Part shown: in pieces, positions 25,960 through 35,085 of the stretch
How the letters are laid out: every line of letters begins with the position of its first letter
How positions within the stretch are numbered: the first letter of the stretch is position 1
Origin: Candidatus Saccharimonadales bacterium
GTDB lineage: Bacteria; Patescibacteriota; Saccharimonadia; Saccharimonadales; JAUPVS01
Direction: 5' to 3'
DNA length: 57,779 nt
NCBI GenBank assembly: GCA_039920385.1
Contig: JBDSDR010000013.1
Coordinates: 1-57,779 of the forward strand
Made by a program: the position numbers and the translations under genes
Notes under the pieces: generated by a model
The model's input: only the letters and a program-made list of their open reading frames with translations
Database searches by the model: none
What the model was told of the DNA's origin: nothing

Positions 25960-27726
25960 ATGAAGTCAATCTGGAGAATTATTACCTACACCAAAAAGTT
26001 GTGGCCCTATTACGCCGCGGTTAGCGCCATTTCGATTTTAGTCGCATTGGTTGGTTTAATGGTCCCGCTGTTAAGTGGCCGAGCGATTGATACGATTCAA
26101 AAAGGGAACCAAGCAGATCTTTCGACATTAGTCTGGTTGGCGATTGGTATTTTTGTGCTTGATATAGCTAGTACCTTCTTGAGCAACATTGGTGGCTACT
26201 TGGGTGACCAGATGTCGGTTCGCTTGCAACGAACCCTTAGCCATCGCTACTACGAGCACTTAATGGAGCTGCCGCAGCGCTATTTTGACACCGAACTATC
26301 CGGCAAGATTATTAACCGTCTCAACCGCTCCATCACCCAGATTACGGGCTTTATGCAGATGTGGTCCAATAACTTCTTGCAGTTCATTTTTAGTACGATT
26401 TTTGCCCTCGCCATTATTGCTTACTTTAGCTGGCCAATTGCACTGCTGTTATTCTCGTTGTACCCAATTTATATCTACATGACCGTTAAGACCAGTGGCA
26501 AATGGCAAAAATATCAGGCTAAAAAGAACTTAAATACCGACATTGCCAGTGGACGTTTCGCCGAAGCCGTTGGCCAAATCAAAGTAGTAAAGAGTTTTGT
26601 TCAAGAAAAGCACGAGCTCAGCTTCTTTAACGGCTTTATGGGCAAGGTAGTATCGATTAACAAACCACAATCGAGTTTGTGGCATAAACGAGATGTTCAA
26701 CGGAGGCTCGTTCTTAACGTCATTTTCTTGGGAGTTTACTTATTAATTTTCATCCAAGCCATTAATGGACACTTTACAACCGGTCAAGCGGTGGCCTTAA
26801 TTTTGTATGCTATGCAAATTCGTATCCCAATCTTTACTATCAGTTTTTTGGTCGAAAATACCCAACGGGCTGTGGCCGATAGCAAAGATTACTTCGAAAT
26901 TATGAATCTAGAACCGCAAATCGCCGATGTTGAAGGTGCCAAGACACTCAAAGTTCCTAAAGGTGCTGTCGAATTTGATCATGTCTCGTTTGCTTATGAC
27001 GACACGCCTGTTATTAAAGACGTATCATTAAATTTTCAACCTGACACTAAAGTCGCCCTGGTTGGAGAGAGTGGCGAGGGTAAAACTACTTTAACAAACT
27101 TGCTACTACGTTTGTACGAGCCCCAAGAAGGTAACATTTTTATTGATGGCCAAGACATTAGCCATGTCAGCCAAAATAGCCTGCGCAAAAATATTGGTGT
27201 CGTCTTTCAGGACCCAGCCTTGTTTAGTGGTACAATCCGCGAAAACATCGCCTATGCCAATCCTAAAATTAGTCTCGATAAAGTTAAGGCCGCCGCCAAG
27301 GCCGCTAACGCCGATGGCTTTATTGCTAAGCTCGACAAGGCTTACGATACCGAAATTGGCGAACGTGGCCTTAAGCTTAGTGGTGGCCAAAAACAGCGTA
27401 TAGCCATTGCCCGGGCACTCCTAAAAGACGCCCCAATATTAGTACTCGACGAAGCCACCAGTAGTCTAGACAGTAAGAGCGAACAAATGGTTCAAGAAGC
27501 CCTGCAACGTCTAATGAAGGGTCGCACCACAATTATCATTGCCCACCGCTTAAGTACGATCCAGCACGTCGACCAAATTATTACTTTGCAAGGTGGCAAA
27601 GTTAGCGAAGTTGGCACGCCTGCCGAACTAGCCAAGAGCGGCGGCATCTACGACCAGTTGCTCAAATTGCAGATGGGTAAAACCGACGCCAACAAGAAGA
27701 AGCTAAAAGACTTCGAACTAGCTTAG
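25960..27726 (+). CDS. ABC exporter, fused permease/ATPase (MsbA-like)
   Basis: 588 aa. 6-TM N-domain, Walker A GESGEGKTT, signature LSGGQKQR, Walker B ILVLDEATS. Confidence 0.9.
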   Translation: MKSIWRIITYTKKLWPYYAAVSAISILVALVGLMVPLLSGRAIDTIQKGNQADLSTLVWLAIGIFVLDIASTFLSNIGGYLGDQMSVRLQRTLSHRYYEHLMELPQRYFDTELSGKIINRLNRSITQITGFMQMWSNNFLQFIFSTIFALAIIAYFSWPIALLLFSLYPIYIYMTVKTSGKWQKYQAKKNLNTDIASGRFAEAVGQIKVVKSFVQEKHELSFFNGFMGKVVSINKPQSSLWHKRDVQRRLVLNVIFLGVYLLIFIQAINGHFTTGQAVALILYAMQIRIPIFTISFLVENTQRAVADSKDYFEIMNLEPQIADVEGAKTLKVPKGAVEFDHVSFAYDDTPVIKDVSLNFQPDTKVALVGESGEGKTTLTNLLLRLYEPQEGNIFIDGQDISHVSQNSLRKNIGVVFQDPALFSGTIRENIAYANPKISLDKVKAAAKAANADGFIAKLDKAYDTEIGERGLKLSGGQKQRIAIARALLKDAPILVLDEATSSLDSKSEQMVQEALQRLMKGRTTIIIAHRLSTIQHVDQIITLQGGKVSEVGTPAELAKSGGIYDQLLKLQMGKTDANKKKLKDFELA

Positions 27727-27774
27727 ACAGCCGGAACTATCGAGAAGGCAGAGAATATCATATACTTAATAGGT

Positions 27775-28260
27775 ATGAGAAAAGCTGCTCGCGCTATAAT
27801 TATTTATAACCAAAACATTTTGCTAATGAAACGCAACAAGTTTGGCAGCGAATATTACTGCCTACCTGGTGGTGGCATCGATATGGGCGAAACGGCTGAT
27901 CACGCAGTTGTACGCGAGATCAAAGAAGAGGCTAGTATTACCGTAGCCAACCCACGCTTGGTTTATATTGAGTCAGCCGGACCACTTTATGGCACACAAT
28001 ACCATTTTGTCTGCGACTATCAAGACGGCGAAGTCAAAATTCACCCGGATAGTATCGAAGCTAAGCTTAATGCCGGCGGCCAGAATATGTTTTATATTTT
28101 ATGGGTGCCAATTAGTAAATTCGCTGGTTTAGAGTTTCGATCGAGTGTCTTGCAACAGGAGTTATTAACGGCTTTTCGGGATGGATTTCCAAAACAACCA
28201 AAACAACTTAGTTCGCAGGCCGAAATCAGCTATACTACTAAGACCAAGCAAGAGGAGTAA
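27775..28260 (+). CDS. NUDIX hydrolase
   Basis: Nudix box GGGIDMGETADHAVVREIKEEASI. Confidence 0.8.
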   Translation: MRKAARAIIIYNQNILLMKRNKFGSEYYCLPGGGIDMGETADHAVVREIKEEASITVANPRLVYIESAGPLYGTQYHFVCDYQDGEVKIHPDSIEAKLNAGGQNMFYILWVPISKFAGLEFRSSVLQQELLTAFRDGFPKQPKQLSSQAEISYTTKTKQEE

Positions 28261-28266
28261 ATTTTT

Positions 28267-28794
28267 ATGGCTCAAAAAACCCAACGTGTCGTTGCCGGAC
28301 TTGCCGCTGCCTTCTTTTTGATTGCTTCGCTGACTACCGGTATCGCCGTTATCTGGACATTAACCCATCAAAGTAAACAAGGAGATACGCCTGTGGCCGA
28401 CAACCAAGCTCAAAACCAACCAACTGAAGACCCCCTAGCCGGTAAACCAATGGAAGGCTATACTCCATCGACCGAACCGGTCACCGAGCTCAAAATTACC
28501 GATATCAAAGTTGGTGATGGCGCCGAAGCTAAAGCCGGATCAACCGTTAGCGTGTCCTACGTTGGTGCCTTGGCGACTACCGGGATTGTCTTCCAGTCGA
28601 GCCAAACGCCAATTAGTTTATCGCTCGATCAGGTCATTACTGGCTGGAAAGATGGTGTCCCTGGCATGAAGGTTGGCGGTACCCGCCGACTAGTTATACC
28701 GGCCGCCCAAGCTTACGGTGCGCAGTCACCAGATAGTAGTATCCCACCTAACTCTGACTTGGTCTTTGACCTGACTCTATTTGAGGTCAAATAG
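28267..28794 (+). CDS. FKBP-type peptidyl-prolyl cis-trans isomerase, membrane-anchored
   Basis: N-terminal TM. VSVSYVGAL...VFQSS...LDQVITGWKDGVPGMKVGGTRRLVIPAAQAYG. AGGAG SD 10 nt upstream. Confidence 0.85.
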   Translation: MAQKTQRVVAGLAAAFFLIASLTTGIAVIWTLTHQSKQGDTPVADNQAQNQPTEDPLAGKPMEGYTPSTEPVTELKITDIKVGDGAEAKAGSTVSVSYVGALATTGIVFQSSQTPISLSLDQVITGWKDGVPGMKVGGTRRLVIPAAQAYGAQSPDSSIPPNSDLVFDLTLFEVK

Positions 28795-28831
28795 TGCACA
28801 AAAGTAGCCAAAAGCACAACATATAGCGCTA

Positions 28832-28860
28832 TTGCATTTAATAAAAACACCATATATACT
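28832..28860 (+). promoter_or_regulatory. TTGCAT-17-TATACT promoter with an A/C-rich leader of about 65 nt before the glutaredoxin-like gene
   Basis: Hexamers at 28832-28837 and 28855-28860. The perfect 10-bp palindrome atagcgctat (28823-28832) touches the -35 box. Confidence 0.5.
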
Positions 28861-28932
28861 ATTTAGGTAAGTAACCAACAGGTTAAAAACAACCACAAAA
28901 CATAAAAAAGAAGAGGGTATAAGGGGAATATT

Positions 28933-29181
28933 ATGGCCAAAGATATTACTATTTTTACGACTAACACATGCGGCTACTGCGTCATGGTTAAACGTTACTT
29001 AACATCCAAGGGGATGAACTACCAGGAAGTTAACCTAGACACCAACCCAGAGCGTCAAAAAGAAGCTATGGAGCTTAGTGGCGCTTTAACTGTGCCAGTC
29101 ACTGTTGTTACCAAAGAAGACGATACTAAGCAGGTTGTGGTAGGTTTTAACCTTGCCCAACTAGCCCCCGCCATAGCCTAG
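28933..29181 (+). CDS. glutaredoxin/NrdH-like small redoxin
   Basis: 82 aa. CGYC active site near the N-terminus and TVPV cis-Pro motif. Confidence 0.75.
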   Translation: MAKDITIFTTNTCGYCVMVKRYLTSKGMNYQEVNLDTNPERQKEAMELSGALTVPVTVVTKEDDTKQVVVGFNLAQLAPAIA

Positions 29182-29226
29182 GCCTCTTTTGTATGGCACA
29201 TTACTGTGTCAATAATTTCGTGCTTC

Positions 29227-29253
29227 ACAAGTCGTACAGTAAGTACGACTTGT
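29227..29253. other. perfect 11-bp inverted repeat (acaagtcgtac / gtacgacttgt) with the 5-nt loop agtaa, at the core of a longer imperfect palindrome
   Basis: Arms at 29227-29237 and 29243-29253. No U-tract follows, so it is not a canonical terminator. Confidence 0.6.
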
Positions 29254-29358
29254 TCCAGTACTCATTATTTCCTTGTACTGCCCTCATACAAAAAGACCCC
29301 TTAATTACCCAAGACTAAGTTATAATAAGTGTAGAAATTTTGAAGGAATTGAGGAACT

Positions 29359-30363
29359 ATGCCAGACGTTAAACCAAAAGTTAATAAAGTTGTTATGATC
29401 GGTGCCGGGCCAGCTGCCTTGGCGGCGGCTGTTTATACTACCCGTGAAGATTTACAAACCCTGTTGATCGAAAAGGGTGTCATTGGTGGTTTGGCAGCTA
29501 TTACCGACTGGGTAGATAATTATCCTGGTTTCGCCAAAGGCTTGCCCGGTTTAGAGCTAGCCGAGAACTTACGTCAACAAGCTGAGCGCTTTGGAGCGGT
29601 CATTGACCTTAATGAAGTTACTGGTCTGTCACAAGAAAACGGCTTAATTAAGCTAACTACTGTGATGGATGACATCTGGGCCGAAACGGTTTTAATTGCC
29701 ACCGGTTCAGACTATAAAAAGATTGGCGTTCCCGGCGAAAAAGAGTTTTATGCGCGCGGTGTTCACTACTGTGCCACTTGTGATGGTGCTTTTTACCGCG
29801 ACAAGCACCTGGTAGTGGTTGGCGGTGGTAACTCAGCAGTTCAAGAAGCTATCTTCTTAACTCGTTTTGCCAGCAAGATCGACTTATTAGTCCGCAGTAA
29901 AATGCGCGCCTCAGACGTCTTACAAAAAGAGCTCGAAAAGCACAAAGACAAGATCACGGTTCATCTTAATACGACGACCGACGAAATCGTTGGCGAAGAC
30001 AGCAAAGTCACCAAAGTTATTGGCACAAAAGACGGTAAAAAAGTCGATTTTCCAACTGATGGTGTTTTCATCTTCGTTGGTTTATTGCCCAATACCCAGT
30101 TCTTAAAAGACACTGCTGTTGAGCTGGATGAAGTCGGTTTAGTTAAGACCGACAACAACCTAGAAACTACTATGCCGGGTGTGTTTGCGGCCGGTGATGT
30201 CCGTAGCGGCGCCACCATGCAGATTGCCAGTGCTGTCGGCGAAGGCGCTACTGCTGCCTTGATGATCCGCAAGCACCTCGAAGAAAAGCACCAGACCCAC
30301 GAAATGCCGGCGGTACCGGCTACCGCCGAGAAAGAAGCGGTCAACCCGGCGCCAGCTATTTAA
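29359..30363 (+). CDS. trxB: thioredoxin-disulfide reductase
   Basis: FAD motif MIGAGPAALAAAVY, redox site CATCDG, NADPH motif VVGGGNSAVQEA. About 25-aa C-terminal extension. Confidence 0.9.
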   Translation: MPDVKPKVNKVVMIGAGPAALAAAVYTTREDLQTLLIEKGVIGGLAAITDWVDNYPGFAKGLPGLELAENLRQQAERFGAVIDLNEVTGLSQENGLIKLTTVMDDIWAETVLIATGSDYKKIGVPGEKEFYARGVHYCATCDGAFYRDKHLVVVGGGNSAVQEAIFLTRFASKIDLLVRSKMRASDVLQKELEKHKDKITVHLNTTTDEIVGEDSKVTKVIGTKDGKKVDFPTDGVFIFVGLLPNTQFLKDTAVELDEVGLVKTDNNLETTMPGVFAAGDVRSGATMQIASAVGEGATAALMIRKHLEEKHQTHEMPAVPATAEKEAVNPAPAI

Positions 30364-31021
30364 AACGTTCCGGAAAATCGGTGCAGATAGTTACTCCAGG
30401 GTATAAGCGGCGGATAAACCAAACCAAAAAACGGCTGTTAATGGTGTAAACGAACACCTCCAGTTTGGCTCGTCGACACAGCCAGTAAACGTGTGGGCTT
30501 AGCAGCCAACCATTCAAGGCTAAACCCCGAAAGTCGTGGCGTTTGGCGAAGTGAATGGCATCAATCGCATCATTATTTTCCGATACATACATCTTTTGCT
30601 TAGGCCGAAGCTCTTTGATCGCCAAAAGCACCGGTCGCTTGAAAGAAATTACCGTAGCCATCGCTTGAGGGAACTTATCTATGGCCGCCACAATCGCTAA
30701 CTCACTACCCAAGTCCTTGGCTTCAATTAGGAGTGGTCTTTTACCGGCCATCTTTAAAACATCTTCCAGCAATAGTAGCTGGGAACCATCGGTGAGTTGA
30801 ATATCTTTTAGATCGGCCCAGCTATAGTCGGCAATTTTACTGCTGTTATTGGCCATCTTTACTAAGTTGGCGTCATGACAGACAACCAGTTTATGGTCTT
30901 GGGTCAACCGAACGTCAAACTCAATAATAGTGTTTGTCTGTTTTAATGCTAACTGGATGGCTGTGGAGGAATTTTCCAAAGCCAAGCCAGAGGCGCCTCG
31001 ATGGGCAATGACTTGTTTCAT
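30356..31021 (-). CDS. glycerophosphodiester phosphodiesterase family protein
   Basis: IAHRGASGLALENS...EFDVRLTQDHKLVVCHD. Its 3' end overlaps the trxB 3' end by 8 nt. Confidence 0.8.
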   Translation of the reverse strand: MKQVIAHRGASGLALENSSTAIQLALKQTNTIIEFDVRLTQDHKLVVCHDANLVKMANNSSKIADYSWADLKDIQLTDGSQLLLLEDVLKMAGKRPLLIEAKDLGSELAIVAAIDKFPQAMATVISFKRPVLLAIKELRPKQKMYVSENNDAIDAIHFAKRHDFRGLALNGWLLSPHVYWLCRRAKLEVFVYTINSRFLVWFIRRLYPGVTICTDFPERFK

Positions 31022-31075
31022 ATTGTTCTATTCACTAGTGTACAATATCTGTAAGAAAGAAAGGAATGGAACCAC

Positions 31076-31603
31076 ATGGCAGATTTTAATGAAGTGCTCG
31101 AAACTGGCGACGTTGACGCCGGAATTGTTAATACCGTAGTAGAAATTTCGAAGGGCTCAACCCTAAAGATTGAGTGGGACCGCAAACGAGCTGTCTTTAT
31201 GCTTGACCGAGTTGAACCGGCAATTTTTGCTAAGCCATGTAACTATGGTTTCATCCCCAAAACTTTAGACGAAGATGGTGACGAACTCGACACCCTAATC
31301 ATTACCGAAGAACCATTACCAACCGGCATTTACCTAGAAGCCGAAGTAATTGGTGTTCTAAACTTCATCGATGATGGCGAACCAGACCACAAAGTCGTGG
31401 TGGTACCAGCCGACGACCGCCAAACCGGTGGTCGCATCAAGACTCTCGAAGACCTTGGTGAGCGTTGGAAAGAGCAGATTGTCCATCACTTTACGCATTA
31501 CAAGGACCTCAAAAAGCCAGGTAGCACCAAAGTTGAAGGCTGGGGCGACAAAGCCGCTGCTATTGCCATCATCAAACAATGCCAAACGCGCTACGTTAAG
31601 TAA
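31076..31603 (+). CDS. ppa: inorganic pyrophosphatase (family I)
   Basis: VVEISKGSTLKIEWD...DGDELDTLI...DDGEPDHKVVVVP. Confidence 0.9.
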   Translation: MADFNEVLETGDVDAGIVNTVVEISKGSTLKIEWDRKRAVFMLDRVEPAIFAKPCNYGFIPKTLDEDGDELDTLIITEEPLPTGIYLEAEVIGVLNFIDDGEPDHKVVVVPADDRQTGGRIKTLEDLGERWKEQIVHHFTHYKDLKKPGSTKVEGWGDKAAAIAIIKQCQTRYVK

Positions 31604-32029
31604 ATGAACACGAAGGTAATTGCTAAAGCTATTGTATTTCGAGCCGACGGCAAATTTTTAGCACTCCGCCGTAGCAAGACCGATATTCGGCGTCCTCTTA
31701 AATGGGATTTCCCGGGTGGCATGGTCGATCCTGGAGAAACCTTTGTTGAAGCGCTGATTCGAGAAATCAAGGAAGAAGCTGGGCTGGACGTTTTGAAAAG
31801 CGATGCGCAAATCATTTCTGCTAAACAGGGCCTTCGAAATGACGAAAATATAGTCTGGCTGTTCTTTGTGGCTAGCATCAAAAACCGCCCTGAAGTTACG
31901 CTAAGTCATGAGCACGACAAAGCCGAGTGGATGGAGCTTACCGAAGGTATTAAGGCGTACGATTATCTAATTCAAAAAGAGTTACTGGAGCTTGTTCACG
32001 AGCATCAGCTTCGACCTGCTTCTGCCTAA
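31604..32029 (+). CDS. NUDIX hydrolase
   Basis: Nudix box GGMVDPGETFVEALIREIKEEAGL. Starts directly after the ppa stop. Confidence 0.8.
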   Translation: MNTKVIAKAIVFRADGKFLALRRSKTDIRRPLKWDFPGGMVDPGETFVEALIREIKEEAGLDVLKSDAQIISAKQGLRNDENIVWLFFVASIKNRPEVTLSHEHDKAEWMELTEGIKAYDYLIQKELLELVHEHQLRPASA

Positions 32030-32105
32030 GCCTTGCACCTAGTTACAACACCAGATACAATACCTCTATAGAAACTACTAATGCTTTAAAGAGGGTAGAA
32101 CAAAC

Positions 32106-33146
32106 ATGAAAACACGGGTGGCAATCAACGGATTTGGGCGTATCGGCCGAAACGCTTTTAAGGTAGCTTTTGGGCGTTCCGACATCGAAATAGTCGCTGT
32201 TAATGACTTAACTGACACAAAAACACTAGCTCATTTACTCAAACACGACAGCAACTATGGTTTGTACGACAAAACCGTCGACTTCGACGAAAGCAACATT
32301 ATTGTTGACGGCAAAAAGATCCCAGTTTTTGCCCAAACTGACCCAGCATTATTACCTTGGAAAGAACACAAAGTCGATGTGGTTATCGAATCAACTGGTT
32401 TCTTTGTTGACCCTGCCAAAGCTAAGGCTCACATTACAGCCGGTGCTAAAAAAGTTGTCTTGTCAGCCCCCGCTAAAGGTGACGGTGCTACTACGGTAGT
32501 TCTTGGAGTCAATGACGACAAGCTCGACACTGCCGAAGATATTATCAGCAACGCTTCTTGTACGACTAACTGCATTACACCTGTAGCTGCAGTAATTGAG
32601 AATAACTTTGGTATCGAAAAGGCCATGATGACAACTATTCACAGTTATACCGCCAGTCAAAAGTTACAAGATGCCCCGGCGAAAGACTTACGCGAAGCCC
32701 GTAATGCCGCCGAGAACATTGTGCCAACCAGTACTGGAGCCTCAATTGCCGCCGCTAAGGCCTTGCCGGCCCTAGAAGGCATCTTTGGAGGTTTATCAAT
32801 CCGCGTACCAACCCCAGTGGTGTCCCTGAGTGATTTTGTGATTATTACTAAAAAGACCGTCACACCAGAAATGGTCAACCAGGCCTTTAAAAAAGCTGCC
32901 AAAGAACCCTTCTACCAAGGTATCTTGGGTGTCACCGAAGAAGAACTAGTCAGTAAAGACTTTATTGGCAATAGTCATTCGGCAATTGTTGACACCAAAC
33001 TAACTGCCGTAGTCGGTGGCAATATGCTTAAAGTCGTCGCTTGGTACGATAATGAGTGGGGTTATAGCAACCGTTTGGTCGAAGTCGTAGCCGATGCTGG
33101 GCGGATTTTGCACAAAAAGGAAGACCACACTAACCATCACGAATAA
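32106..33146 (+). CDS. gap: type I glyceraldehyde-3-phosphate dehydrogenase
   Basis: INGFGRIGRNAF, catalytic SNASCTTNC, WYDNEWGYS. Confidence 0.95.
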   Translation: MKTRVAINGFGRIGRNAFKVAFGRSDIEIVAVNDLTDTKTLAHLLKHDSNYGLYDKTVDFDESNIIVDGKKIPVFAQTDPALLPWKEHKVDVVIESTGFFVDPAKAKAHITAGAKKVVLSAPAKGDGATTVVLGVNDDKLDTAEDIISNASCTTNCITPVAAVIENNFGIEKAMMTTIHSYTASQKLQDAPAKDLREARNAAENIVPTSTGASIAAAKALPALEGIFGGLSIRVPTPVVSLSDFVIITKKTVTPEMVNQAFKKAAKEPFYQGILGVTEEELVSKDFIGNSHSAIVDTKLTAVVGGNMLKVVAWYDNEWGYSNRLVEVVADAGRILHKKEDHTNHHE

Positions 33147-33149
33147 GCC

Positions 33150-33599
33150 ATGAAGATTTTCTTGGGCACCGACCATAACGGCTTCGCATTAAAACAAAAG
33201 CTCTCGGACTACCTCCACACCCGAGGCTATGAGATATTCGAAGACCCCGCCCAAACCCTAAACCCCGAAGATGACTTTCCGGAGTTTGCCTCCAAGACCG
33301 TAAAGGCTCTACAAGCGACTCAGGACCCCGAAGACCGCGCCATCTTAATCTGTGGCAGTGGCCAGGGCATGTGCATGGCGGCCAACCGTTATAAGGGTAT
33401 TCGCGCCAGTTTAGTCTGGAATCAATCCGAAGCCCGGGCTGCCCGAAACGATGATGATAGTAACGTACTGTGCTTAGCGGCCCGCGAAATCACCGACTTT
33501 GACCAAATTGTGGCCATAACTGAAGTCTGGCTAAAGACACCGTTTTTGGGTGCGGAGCGTTTTTTGCGTCGCATTAAGCAACTTGACGAGTTAAACTAA
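33150..33599 (+). CDS. rpiB: ribose-5-phosphate isomerase B
   Basis: GTDHNGFALK...ILICGSGQGMCMAANRYKGIRA. Confidence 0.9.
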   Translation: MKIFLGTDHNGFALKQKLSDYLHTRGYEIFEDPAQTLNPEDDFPEFASKTVKALQATQDPEDRAILICGSGQGMCMAANRYKGIRASLVWNQSEARAARNDDDSNVLCLAAREITDFDQIVAITEVWLKTPFLGAERFLRRIKQLDELN

Positions 33600-34228
33600 T
33601 GAAAATTATTTGCCCTTGCATCACGGCAGTCGGTTTGCAGCAATTTAATCAACAAGTTAATCGGGTTAAGCCATTTGCTAAACGTCTGCATGTCGATTTT
33701 ATGGACGGCCACTTAACATCTAATACTTCACCCGATCTTGACGAAGTTTCGTTACCAGACGATGTTAAGCTCGATCTTCATTTAATGTATAAGAATCCTA
33801 CCCGCCATATGCGAGCGATCGTTAAGCTTAAGCCTCACCTCGTGATTGTGCATGCCGAGGCCGAAGGCGACTTTATTACCTTTGCCAAGATTCTACACAG
33901 GGTAGGCATTAAAGTTGGTGTCGCCTTGTTGCCCGAAACAGCCGCCATTTCTATTAAACCGGCTCTGGAACATATTGATCACGTCATGATTTTTAGTGGG
34001 AAACTGGGTAAGTTTGGCGGTGAGGCCGACCTTGACTTGTTAGTCAAAGCCCAAGCTCTTAAGCATATTAAATCCAGCTTGGAGATTGGTTGGGACGGCG
34101 GTGTTAACGACCAAAATGTTCACTTATTAGCAGCCGGCGGCATTGATGTCCTTAACGTTGGTGGGGCGATTCAAAAAGCCGACGATCCCGCTAAAGCTTA
34201 TGCTACACTGAAAGCAAAGTTGAGGTAG
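33599..34228 (+). CDS. ribulose-phosphate 3-epimerase-like protein (divergent)
   Basis: 209 aa. LHVDFMDGH metal-binding motif, TIM-barrel-like periodicity, and pathway context. Confidence 0.6.
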   Translation: MKIICPCITAVGLQQFNQQVNRVKPFAKRLHVDFMDGHLTSNTSPDLDEVSLPDDVKLDLHLMYKNPTRHMRAIVKLKPHLVIVHAEAEGDFITFAKILHRVGIKVGVALLPETAAISIKPALEHIDHVMIFSGKLGKFGGEADLDLLVKAQALKHIKSSLEIGWDGGVNDQNVHLLAAGGIDVLNVGGAIQKADDPAKAYATLKAKLR

Positions 34229-34230
34229 TT

Positions 34231-35085
34231 ATGCAGAAGTTGACAATTCAGGAGCTGGAGCTTAAAGCCAATACTATTCGCGAGGATATTATTAGGATGC
34301 TAGTACAGGCCGGTAGCGGTCATAGTGCCGGCCCACTTGGCCTGGCCGACATCTTTACTGCTCTGTATTTTGATATTTTAAAGCACGATCCCGCAAAGCC
34401 CAACTGGAGTCAGCGCGACATCCTGCTCTTAAGTAATGGTCATTGTGTACCGGTTCGCTATGCCGCCATGGCCGAAGCCGGCTATTTTGATAAGAAAGAA
34501 TTGCTAACCTTACGCCAGCTCGGCAGCCGTTTACAAGGTCACCCCGAACGCACCAAGTTGCCGGGCATGGAGACTACTAGTGGCCCCCTCGGCTGCGGCT
34601 TAAGCCAAGCGGCCGGTATGGCCTTGGCGATGCGCATGAACAAAGATCACTTCCGGTGGGTATATGTGGTAATGGGCGACGGTGAATTAGATGAAGGTAA
34701 TATTTGGGAGGCTGCTATGTTGGCCGCTAAGTACAAGCTCAACAATGTCATCGGTATTATTGACCGTAATAATATCCAAATTGACGGTCCGACCGAACAG
34801 GTTATGCCGCTGGATGACCTTAAGGCCAAGTGGGAAGCCTTTGGCTGGCATGTCATCGAAGTTGACGGCAATAATATCGAGTCCTTTATTGATGCCTGCG
34901 CTATGGCTCGGGCGATTGTCGAAAAGCCAGTCATGATTATTGCTCACACCATCCCCGGTAAAGGGGTCGATTTTATGGAGTACGACTTTAACTGGCACGG
35001 CAAACCACCCGATCGCGACCAAGCCAAAAAAGCCTTACACGAACTGCGTACTCTGGGTGGCAAAATTAGGAGCGAACATGAGTAA
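34231..35085 (+). CDS. transketolase, N-terminal (TPP-binding) subunit
   Basis: GSGHSAGPLGLADIFTALYF...LSNGH...VVMGDGELDEGNIWEA. Confidence 0.9.
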   Translation: MQKLTIQELELKANTIREDIIRMLVQAGSGHSAGPLGLADIFTALYFDILKHDPAKPNWSQRDILLLSNGHCVPVRYAAMAEAGYFDKKELLTLRQLGSRLQGHPERTKLPGMETTSGPLGCGLSQAAGMALAMRMNKDHFRWVYVVMGDGELDEGNIWEAAMLAAKYKLNNVIGIIDRNNIQIDGPTEQVMPLDDLKAKWEAFGWHVIEVDGNNIESFIDACAMARAIVEKPVMIIAHTIPGKGVDFMEYDFNWHGKPPDRDQAKKALHELRTLGGKIRSEHE

